Source of the DNA: a virus
DNA: 64,000 nucleotides
Reading direction: 5' to 3' (one strand)
Virus record (IMG/VR): IMGVR_UViG_3300032267_001484
A program made the translations under genes and the position numbers. Positions 41,713-48,948 of this stretch are shown one piece after another. Each line of letters begins with the position of its first letter. Position 1 is the stretch's first letter. Below the pieces are notes generated by a model that had not been told where the DNA came from, did not search any database, and saw nothing but the letters and a program-made list of their open reading frames with translations.

Positions 41713-41732
41713 TTACGTATAAATATAAATAA

Positions 41733-42533
41733 TTAAATCTTTATATACCCATGTTGATAATAATCGTTATATAGCTGGATGTATAATGCTTTAAGTTTTT
41801 TAATTATTTTGGTAATTTGAGGAGTAGATACATCTGTTATTTCACGTATATAAATGTATAATGCCTTTTTATTAAATATCTCCAGCGTTTCACGTTTGCG
41901 AAATAATTCAACTATAGCGTCTGCTGTTTGGGCATCTTGTTTTTTAGGGAACAATTTAAATATATTAGTATCAATATATTTGACATATTGATCCATAAAG
42001 TTATTTTCATTAAATAGATTTTCTAAACTCCTATCATTTTCATAAAGTTGCATCTGATCATCATCAGATTCATCTACGTCAGCTCGTTCTTGAAGTTTTT
42101 TATAGTTATTTTCGTTATATACGATTAAATAACGTTTAGCAATAGTACCAAAGTAAGAAAAGGCCTTACCTTTCTCCGGTTTGTAAAGGTGAAGCTTTTC
42201 AAGTAAAAATGTAATAACCTCGTGCTTGAGTTCTTCTATCGTATCAGTATCTGTATAGTAGAATTTAAACGTATGAATAATATTTTCGGCTAATTTATAG
42301 AAACCATATTCAATACGTTCATTATAAATGCGATTGCGTTCATCTTGATCTATGCAAGCAAGATATTCCACAATAGCGTCTTCAGTATCTTGAGTAAAGT
42401 AAATACGAGGTTCTTTTGGTTTGCGCTTACGTGGTTTACCTCGTTTAGTCAAAGCTAACTTATCATCTTCAAAGATGTCGGCTCCATAGTTTTCAAAGTA
42501 TGATGACATATATGATTCTCTTTTTAATCCCAA
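41733..42533 (-). CDS. Phage late-transcription sigma factor, T4 gp55-like
   Basis: KLAENII, YKPEKGKAFSYFGTIAKRYLI resembling sigma region 2 of gp55; probable start at MSSYF. Confidence 0.72.
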   Translation of the reverse strand: MGLKRESYMSSYFENYGADIFEDDKLALTKRGKPRKRKPKEPRIYFTQDTEDAIVEYLACIDQDERNRIYNERIEYGFYKLAENIIHTFKFYYTDTDTIEELKHEVITFLLEKLHLYKPEKGKAFSYFGTIAKRYLIVYNENNYKKLQERADVDESDDDQMQLYENDRSLENLFNENNFMDQYVKYIDTNIFKLFPKKQDAQTADAIVELFRKRETLEIFNKKALYIYIREITDVSTPQITKIIKKLKALYIQLYNDYYQHGYIKI

Positions 42534-42562
42534 TATAATAAGAGAAAATCACATAACCAAAT
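42532..42562 (-). promoter_or_regulatory. Bacteroidota-type sigma-A promoter for the sigma gene
   Basis: TTTG-N20-TATATTGG on the minus strand, close to the established TTTG / TAnnTTTG consensus. Confidence 0.55.
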
Positions 42563-42565
42563 TGC

Positions 42566-42838
42566 TTATCGGCGGTTATTAACTTCGCTCAATATGTCTT
42601 GAATTTCCTTTAGGTTAGTAAAGAAAGTTCCAACTTCATCGTCTGCTTGAAAAGCACCCATTACATCTAATTCTTTTAATTTAGCATCAGAATTAGCAAC
42701 AATAATACTAATAGCATCCATATATTGTTGTTGGTCTTTAACTGCTTTTTCAAGAGCAGAGTTACGTCTAATTAATAAAAAAATACCTATTACTGCTAAT
42801 TCAACTAAATGAATCCCTAATATCCAAAGCCACATCAT
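42566..42838 (-). CDS. Membrane-anchored hypothetical protein
   Basis: N-terminal TM; GAFQADDEVG. Confidence 0.6.
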   Translation of the reverse strand: MMWLWILGIHLVELAVIGIFLLIRRNSALEKAVKDQQQYMDAISIIVANSDAKLKELDVMGAFQADDEVGTFFTNLKEIQDILSEVNNRR

Positions 42839-43038
42839 TGTCTAGGAGCAAATTGTTGTTCAAAATCATCAGGCTCAATAGAGATAGTTCCACGAATTTT
42901 CTCTACTTGTTCTTTTAATAGCTCGGTAGTTTCCGAAATCCTTTCTTGATCCATTCCTCTACCTACTTCAAATTGAACCCTATTTACTAGCGATTCTAAA
43001 TGTACTAACTGGTCTAAAACATTGTTTTTATAACGCAT
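42835..43038 (-). CDS. Hypothetical protein
   Basis: ORF track. Confidence 0.6.
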   Translation of the reverse strand: MRYKNNVLDQLVHLESLVNRVQFEVGRGMDQERISETTELLKEQVEKIRGTISIEPDDFEQQFAPRQ

Positions 43039-43156
43039 AATTTCTATTTTTGTTTCCTACCGCCGGCGCCGTTTCTTCCATTCCCCTAATCTACCAACCG
43101 AACCGTAGGCTCAATATACCAAAAAAACTTTAACCTTCCAAATATTTTTTTAATAA

Positions 43157-43684
43157 TTACAAACCACCACTCATCTTACCACTAATTGCTTTCTTCAAAT
43201 CATTTTTAATTTGAGCTTTTTCTTCTGGTGATTTAGCTGATTTTAAAGCCTTAATAAATGGGGTTAAAATAGCAGTACCAACACCTAAAAGTGCAGCTAC
43301 ACCAGCAATAAAGTTAGGATCATCAAGACCACCTACAGCTTCATCTAGTGTTTTCTTTTTGTCTTCAACTTTCTTTTTTTCTTTTAATTCTTGAAGAATC
43401 ATTTCTTTCAATTCGCTTTTAGTTAAGTTATTGTTTTTCATTTTTTTAGTTGTATTTGTTTTTAATTCTTTTAATTTAGTAATTGCAGGTGACTGACGTA
43501 ACATAGCTTTTATTTGTTTAACATCGTCCGGATTAGGTACATCGAATGTAAACCATTTTATTGTTTTACCTCCACGGGTATCAGTCCCATTTTTCATATT
43601 TTGGGTATCAACCTTTATCCCTAATTTTTCCAGCTTATTAATGAATGCTGCTTTATCTTCTGCTTTGATTTTAAATGTTGCCAT
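43157..43684 (-). CDS. Hypothetical protein
   Basis: Likely start MATFKIKAE just downstream of ATATTTAT; internal LTKSELKEMILQELKE segment. Confidence 0.55.
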   Translation of the reverse strand: MATFKIKAEDKAAFINKLEKLGIKVDTQNMKNGTDTRGGKTIKWFTFDVPNPDDVKQIKAMLRQSPAITKLKELKTNTTKKMKNNNLTKSELKEMILQELKEKKKVEDKKKTLDEAVGGLDDPNFIAGVAALLGVGTAILTPFIKALKSAKSPEEKAQIKNDLKKAISGKMSGGL

Positions 43685-43776
43685 ACCAATAAATATTGCC
43701 AATGCATTGCCTCCTACAATTCTCCTTCTATACGTATATACTTCTTTTGGCAGAAAAAATATTTTATATTTCCTCT

Positions 43777-44325
43777 ATGAGCGAGTTTATAAGAATTCCT
43801 GTTGAGGAAATGCAATATTATATCAAACTAAAGCCAGGTGAGTATAAGAGGGCAACGCACTATACGCTTGTACCTTCATCCGACATGCCCGAAGGTTGGG
43901 AAGATGTTATTTATTTAGCTCAACCATTAACCGATTCATCCGGGGGTATTCGCCCACGAGAATACATCTATATTTTAGTTAATCGTTCAATTCCCAATAT
44001 GGTTAAAATTGGGATGACTACCCGTACTGTAGAAGAACGCGCTCGTGAAATTAGTAAAGCGACTGGTGTTCCTACACCGTGGATTCCTGTTTACTCATTC
44101 CCGTGTTATGCATCTGGAATTCTTGAGCGTCGTATTCATGAGCACCTGAGACAATACCGTGTAAATGAAGATAAAGAAATGTTTAGTGTTACATCAAATA
44201 TTGCTCAAGCTATAATTGAGGATTTGGGTAGGGATTTCACTAATATTTTGTTGGCGGAATCGATTGAACGCAACTCCCACTTAGAATCGCCTGTTGATAC
44301 TGTTCCAACGTCAAACCGTAGCTAG
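43777..44325 (+). CDS. GIY-YIG (T5orf172-type) domain protein
   Basis: YIYILVN...MVKIGMT...ERARE...TGVPTP...LERRIH...EMF; own promoter motif on the + strand at 43749-43772. Confidence 0.8.
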   Translation: MSEFIRIPVEEMQYYIKLKPGEYKRATHYTLVPSSDMPEGWEDVIYLAQPLTDSSGGIRPREYIYILVNRSIPNMVKIGMTTRTVEERAREISKATGVPTPWIPVYSFPCYASGILERRIHEHLRQYRVNEDKEMFSVTSNIAQAIIEDLGRDFTNILLAESIERNSHLESPVDTVPTSNRS

Positions 44326-44410
44326 TTGCTTCGGCCTGACGTTGTTTTAATATATATTCTTCAAACGCCTCTTTTGTTAGAAGTAAATCGTCTTGTATAT
44401 ACTTTTTCAT
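44240..44410 (-). CDS. Small hypothetical protein (56 aa) overlapping the 3' end of the opposite-strand gene
   Basis: Manual translation MKKYIQDDLLLTKEAFEEYILKQRQAEATSYGLTLEQYQQAILSG... Confidence 0.4.
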   Translation of the reverse strand: MKKYIQDDLLLTKEAFEEYILKQRQAEATSYGLTLEQYQQAILSGSCVQSIPPTKY

Positions 44411-44474
44411 ACGCAAAAGAGGTTGTTAAAAAAGATCTTTGACATATTGCAAAGTTTCTCAAAAAGGGGTTAAA

Positions 44475-44777
44475 CTATTTTTCGTTATCGCGTTTTGGGA
44501 ACGTACGAATAGGAGACTGGGATGATTTAGGTCTTGGTGCAGACGGAGGTGCAGTAGGACCGAATGCGTTTCTTCTTGGTTCCTGGATGACACGCACCTT
44601 TGGTTGACGAGGCACAACAATAATAGTTTGTGGGCGTGTATAATAGTAATGGGGGTAGCCATATATGGGGTCCCAATAAAAACGCGGTTGAGGCGCCGAA
44701 TTAACGCGTACTTCGTCATACACATAGCAGCTACTGAATCCAATTGCTAGTAGAAGAGTGAGCAGATATCGTTTCAT
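44475..44777 (-). CDS. Lipoprotein
   Basis: MKRYLLTLLLAIGFSS-C lipobox; Pro/Arg-rich tail. Confidence 0.7.
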   Translation of the reverse strand: MKRYLLTLLLAIGFSSCYVYDEVRVNSAPQPRFYWDPIYGYPHYYYTRPQTIIVVPRQPKVRVIQEPRRNAFGPTAPPSAPRPKSSQSPIRTFPKRDNEK

Positions 44778-44884
44778 ATTTGTGTTATTTGTAATAAATA
44801 TTGTGGATTTGGGTAAGATATATGCGTATATATTGTCGATGGGTAAAAATTGTGTGTGAGTTGTGAATACATATCCCTTTTTTT

Positions 44885-45003
44885 ACGCCGACACCGGCCC
44901 GTCGATGGACCGCGGTTGGCGTGGGAGCAGATCGCGATCATCCCGCTATCGGATCGCTATCGACCGCGGGCGGTCCGCCATCAACCGATGGCACCCCGCG
45001 ATC
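44885..45003. other. GC-rich, palindrome-dense non-coding element
   Basis: GATCGCGATC, CCGCGG x2, GCCATC/GATGGC and GACCGC/GCGGTC inverted repeats in an AT-rich genome. Confidence 0.6.
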
Positions 45004-45011
45004 AACATAAT

Positions 45012-45257
45012 CTACTCATCCTCAAACAACCGCCCGTTTACCACCTGGTACTGGTTTCCGTCCTCATCTTCCCACACATCATCAGTTACATTCATTATCT
45101 CACTGGTTGCCTGGTTATCCAGCTCACTTACCCAGCACTCGAACATCTCCTTGAATGTGAGATCTGATTGCCACATACGGGTAATGATAGTCCACTTAGC
45201 GAACTCGATTGCCATCTGCTTACTTGCCTCGTTGTTGATCATATAATTCATACTCAT
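45012..45257 (-). CDS. Small acidic early protein
   Basis: ORF track; own promoter at 45271-45294. Confidence 0.7.
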   Translation of the reverse strand: MSMNYMINNEASKQMAIEFAKWTIITRMWQSDLTFKEMFECWVSELDNQATSEIMNVTDDVWEDEDGNQYQVVNGRLFEDE

Positions 45258-45329
45258 TAATTTTATAACGTGAATATAAGGACGGGGCGTTGCCCCGTCA
45301 CATTAATTACTCGATATGGTGTTTATATT

Positions 45330-45566
45330 CTAATAATGCAGTTTAACATATTGGTCTAACCAGTTATCATGGTCTTCCATCTCGTAGACATCGTCTGTCA
45401 TCTCTAATATGGCGCTCACACTCATCACTTCCTCGATCGCCCACCCATTATCGTCTGCAATGGTGTAGAATGTGGCTTCGGCATCGAGGTGATCTTCACC
45501 TATAACGGTAATCATTCCGAATTCATTGTCTGCTGTCTTGTAACTGATAACATAATTGTTGTTCAT
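45330..45566 (-). CDS. Small acidic early protein
   Basis: Likely start MNNNYVIS after an A-rich leader and promoter motif. Confidence 0.65.
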   Translation of the reverse strand: MNNNYVISYKTADNEFGMITVIGEDHLDAEATFYTIADDNGWAIEEVMSVSAILEMTDDVYEMEDHDNWLDQYVKLHY

Positions 45567-45615
45567 ATTTTTAATTTTTATTATAATTAAATTTACGGTT
45601 GGGATTCTGATCGGC

Positions 45616-45753
45616 CTAATAATCGTCGCCTCCATTCTCATAACAGCGCTCACACATACCTCTAACTACGGTACCCGCGCCTACGTTCCTACAATTACGT
45701 CCGCACACTTTACATCTCACATAACTCACTAACTGTCTAACTAACTTAATCAT
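45616..45753 (-). CDS. Small Zn-finger protein (45 aa)
   Basis: Manual translation MIKLVRQLVSYVRCKVCGRNCRNVGAGTVVRGMCERCYENGGDDY; own promoter. Confidence 0.65.
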   Translation of the reverse strand: MIKLVRQLVSYVRCKVCGRNCRNVGAGTVVRGMCERCYENGGDDY

Positions 45754-45809
45754 ACTATCTAATTTTATAGGGTGAATATACGAGGCCGGTTTTGACCGGC
45801 CCCGTTTTA

Positions 45810-45932
45810 CTATCTGAATAATTTATTCTTTTTAGGTAATATGGATTCAACTATTATTACTATAGCTCCCATATACACTACTACTGCACCTACGATCTGG
45901 ATTGTCTGGATTACTGATTCAAATGTTGTCAT
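45810..45932 (-). CDS. Small membrane protein (40 aa)
   Basis: Manual translation MTTFESVIQTIQIVGAVVVYMGAIVIIVESILPKKNKLFR; own promoter. Confidence 0.55.
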   Translation of the reverse strand: MTTFESVIQTIQIVGAVVVYMGAIVIIVESILPKKNKLFR

Positions 45933-45969
45933 GTGTTTTGATTTTTAATTGTGAGATGAAAGTAGGCGA

Positions 45970-46140
45970 TCAATTCTGATCGCCCACTTCCGCTTCATTA
46001 TTTATTTTTACTATTTCATCCCAAATTCTATCACTCAATCTATCCAACTCCTCATTACTCATAAACTTCACTCCCTCATCCATCCTTACCCTACCAACAC
46101 AATAATATAAATCATTTAATTCCTTAATACTTAAATTCAT
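45970..46140 (-). CDS. Small acidic protein; C-free coding sequence except the last codons
   Basis: MNLSIKELND...; promoter at about 46155-46178. Confidence 0.7.
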   Translation of the reverse strand: MNLSIKELNDLYYCVGRVRMDEGVKFMSNEELDRLSDRIWDEIVKINNEAEVGDQN

Positions 46141-46188
46141 AATCTTAATTTTTATAAATATACACAATTAATTATAACAAAACAAATA

Positions 46189-46380
46189 TTAAACATATAA
46201 TATTCCCCACTTTATTATTCTTCCTCCCTCTAATTCAACTTCTCCACTATCACCACAAGTCTCATACTCACCAAAATCTAAATCTTTATCCTCACTCAAA
46301 AACATTCCAACTCCATCATCATTAAACTCAATAAATATACCTTCAAAATCTAATACTTCCTTACCATCTAATATTCTCAT
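46189..46380 (-). CDS. Small acidic protein; one C in the coding strand
   Basis: ORF track; own promoter. Confidence 0.7.
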   Translation of the reverse strand: MRILDGKEVLDFEGIFIEFNDDGVGMFLSEDKDLDFGEYETCGDSGEVELEGGRIIKWGILYV

Positions 46381-46441
46381 ATAATTTAATTTATATAAAT
46401 ATACATAATTAATTCTAACAATTAAAATTTATTTTAAATTT

Positions 46442-46591
46442 CTACCTCACTATTACTTCACAATCCTCATAAATTTTAATCATCCCCTCCTCTAAACTTA
46501 TTTCTCCTCCATACCATTCACTCACAAATTTCTCTAAATTATCTACTTCATAATAATCTCCATAACAATCAATAACAATAAATTTACTCAT
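46442..46591 (-). CDS. Small acidic protein (49 aa); C-free
   Basis: Manual translation MSKFIVIDCYGDYYEVDNLEKFVSEWYGGEISLEEGMIKIYEDCEVIVR; own promoter. Confidence 0.7.
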   Translation of the reverse strand: MSKFIVIDCYGDYYEVDNLEKFVSEWYGGEISLEEGMIKIYEDCEVIVR

Positions 46592-46634
46592 AATTTTTAA
46601 TTTGGATGAATATACATAATTAATTTTAACTAAA

Positions 46635-46817
46635 CTAATTATTTATTATATAATTATATATTTCATCTACTTCTTTACCACTTAACATCCACAATTTTTC
46701 ATCTAATCTACTTCTTTTCATTTTAAATTCTTCACCATCAACTTCAACTACTCTTTCAACTTCATTCAACACATTTTCATCATCACTAATAATCACTTTC
46801 ATTTTTACTTTAATCAT
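46635..46817 (-). CDS. Small protein; C-free
   Basis: ORF track; own promoter. Confidence 0.7.
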   Translation of the reverse strand: MIKVKMKVIISDDENVLNEVERVVEVDGEEFKMKRSRLDEKLWMLSGKEVDEIYNYIINN

Positions 46818-46876
46818 AATTTATAATTTTTAATTAATTAAATATACATGTTTAATTCTGACTAATCAAATTTAAC

Positions 46877-47173
46877 TTATAAATTAAATAAAATCATATA
46901 ACATTCTTTATCTTTAATCTTTATTTTCTTATATACTTCATCTTCTTTTATTCTACTTTTATCTTCAACAATACTATATCCTAATTCAACACCACCATCT
47001 TCACCAACTCCATAATAACCTCCAAAACCATCACTTTCAAACTTATAAATACTATTAATCTCATCTCTTAATTCATCTTCTTCATCTTCTTCTTCATCAA
47101 CAAATCTTTTTATTAAAATATTCTTAATTTCACTAACATTTTCTTTCAAAAAACTTTTAAACATTTTATTCAT
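46877..47173 (-). CDS. Acidic protein; C-free
   Basis: ORF track; VDEEEDEEDELRDE tract; own promoter. Confidence 0.72.
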   Translation of the reverse strand: MNKMFKSFLKENVSEIKNILIKRFVDEEEDEEDELRDEINSIYKFESDGFGGYYGVGEDGGVELGYSIVEDKSRIKEDEVYKKIKIKDKECYMILFNL

Positions 47174-47292
47174 ATCTTTTAATTTAAATAAATATACACA
47201 ATTAATTATAACAATAAAAATTTATTTTAAATTATTTTATATTATTTTTTAAATTTTAAAGTGTGGAGGAGGAGGAAGGAGGGGGTCCCAGA

Positions 47293-47322
47293 TAAAAGAG
47301 CCCCGGGTAGAAACCCAGGGCG
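47293..47322 (-). terminator. Intrinsic terminator upstream of the C-free block
   Basis: GCCCTGGGT-TTCT-ACCCGGGGC followed by TCTTTT. Confidence 0.7.
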
Positions 47323-47347
47323 TAACCATTAAAAATTAAAAGTATGA

Positions 47348-47542
47348 CTAGCTCATTGAAATATATTTGAAATGTTCTGATATTAATTTTGGAGTAAAAT
47401 TCAACTCAGTCCCACTACACCACCCAAAAATACCCTCCAGGTAAATCATTCCTTCCTCTACATCAACTATCTTTACTACATCACCCTGGAGTAATACTAA
47501 ATTCTCATTTGTTGCGTAACCTTTAATACATTCTAATCTCAT
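47348..47542 (-). CDS. Small SH3-like beta protein
   Basis: LVLLQGDVVKIVD...GWCSG pattern. Confidence 0.55.
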   Translation of the reverse strand: MRLECIKGYATNENLVLLQGDVVKIVDVEEGMIYLEGIFGWCSGTELNFTPKLISEHFKYISMS

Positions 47543-47575
47543 ACGTTTTAATTTTATAGGTTGAATATATGAAAA

Positions 47576-47797
47576 TTATTTTGACAATCCCATACTTGGT
47601 GTCATATAAATTCCATATCTGGTGCCTGCGGAGAAAATCTCAAGTATATCAAATGGGCTAGAAACAGTCATTTCGAATTTAACAAACACCTCATCTCGTT
47701 CATCTACCTCTCTGGAAATCACCTTAATCTTCTTCTCATCATAATACTTAAGCAGGCTCTCAAACCGATCAGCTAACATCATTACTGTGTGTGTCAT
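47576..47797 (-). CDS. Hypothetical protein
   Basis: ORF track; own promoter. Confidence 0.6.
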   Translation of the reverse strand: MTHTVMMLADRFESLLKYYDEKKIKVISREVDERDEVFVKFEMTVSSPFDILEIFSAGTRYGIYMTPSMGLSK

Positions 47798-47837
47798 ATA
47801 CTTTAATTTTTAATTATACCTAAATGTATGTAAAAAA

Positions 47838-48017
47838 CTATGACCAAAAAACAGCTCTATTAGTCAATCGTCTACCGAAATTCACTGACGAAAACCAGAT
47901 AGAAAAATCTGGCTGGTTCTCTGGAGTAGTGGTCTTGAATGATGGAAGAGGAATAGACTCACCTTTAACTCGAACACCGAATAAAAACTCAATCATGTAA
48001 TTAATAAGTAAATTCAT
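47838..48017 (-). CDS. Hypothetical protein
   Basis: Likely start MNLLINY. Confidence 0.5.
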   Translation of the reverse strand: MNLLINYMIEFLFGVRVKGESIPLPSFKTTTPENQPDFSIWFSSVNFGRRLTNRAVFWS

Positions 48018-48044
48018 AGCTTTTAATTTGGATAAATGTACTGT

Positions 48045-48080
48045 AAAAAAAACCGCCATCCAAAAAACTCTGGATGGCGG
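48045..48080 (-). terminator. Intrinsic terminator
   Basis: CCGCCATCCA...TGGATGGCGG followed by a T8 run. Confidence 0.8.
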
Positions 48081-48088
48081 CTCTAGGC

Positions 48089-48373
48089 TCAGGCTTCAGC
48101 AGCTACTTCGGTAGCCACTTTCTCTACCTTCGGGCGACCTCTCTTGATAGACTCACCAGCTGCAATCTTAGCTGCTTGCGCTGCAAGCTTAGCTTGACGA
48201 GCACTGGTTTCTACTGCTGGACGACCCCTTTTAACTTCACCACCTGCTGCTACACGAGCTGCTCTGGCTGCAAGGCGCATCTGGCGAGCTGAATTCTCTA
48301 CTACTGGACGGCCTTTAGACTTTACTACTTCTACTGTCTCAACTGTCTCAACTGAATTGTTTTGTTTTTTCAT
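48089..48373 (-). CDS. Basic DNA-binding protein with three AT-hook-like motifs
   Basis: KGRP, KRGRP, KRGRP separated by SARQ..LAA helical repeats; likely start MKKQNN. Confidence 0.7.
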   Translation of the reverse strand: MKKQNNSVETVETVEVVKSKGRPVVENSARQMRLAARAARVAAGGEVKRGRPAVETSARQAKLAAQAAKIAAGESIKRGRPKVEKVATEVAAEA

Positions 48374-48653
48374 AACCTGTTTTTTATTATTTGTGTGATG
48401 TGAATGTACGACTTTATTTTGCCCGGACTCCGCCTGTTTTTGATTAGAAAAAATTTTATTTGTGTTCATGCGTTTTAATTTTATAGCGTAAATATACTAT
48501 AAAAAACCCGGACTAACAAAAAAACTATGGTGTTGTTGGGGCAAGTTAGACGCGTACATTCACGTTGTCACTTGCGAGAGCGGTTAAGACGGGCTGGAAT
48601 GTATTCCTGGAGCTGAATCAGAGGTAGGTTCCTCCACCCCCCCCCCCCGGTAT

Positions 48654-48690
48654 AAAAAAAAAGAGGCGGAACCTAGACAGATCCCACCTC
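48654..48690 (-). terminator. Intrinsic terminator
   Basis: GAGGTGGGATCT-GTCT-AGGTTCCGCCTC followed by a T9 run. Confidence 0.75.
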
Positions 48691-48708
48691 ACCATACACT
48701 ATTATTTT

Positions 48709-48915
48709 CTAATTCGCTGGGGCAAACATTTGTCTCATCCCATTAACATAATTATTATACTCATCTCTACCCATATCACCCATCAATTCTTCCTTCACCT
48801 TCCAATACTGCTCCACAAGGGCGTTCTTAACCACCTGATTATAATCACCCTTATCTATTTCCCAATTCAAATTAACTAAATCACTAAATAACTGATGTTG
48901 GTAACCTGTTAACAT
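48709..48915 (-). CDS. Hypothetical protein
   Basis: Likely start MLTGYQHQLF; own promoter. Confidence 0.6.
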   Translation of the reverse strand: MLTGYQHQLFSDLVNLNWEIDKGDYNQVVKNALVEQYWKVKEELMGDMGRDEYNNYVNGMRQMFAPAN

Positions 48916-48948
48916 ACGTTTTAATTTTATAGTGTGAATATAAAACAC

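Noticed and set aside
44850-45246. Plus-strand ORFs across the GC island
   Set aside because: Open only because of local GC richness, and they overlap a better-supported minus-strand gene.
45993-47260. C-free block as simple low-complexity AT drift or a C-to-T conversion artefact
   Set aside because: G is abundant on the coding strand, boundaries are sharp, and ORFs are intact with correctly placed promoters; wholesale conversion would create stops from CAA/CAG/CGA. Read-level confirmation is still advisable.
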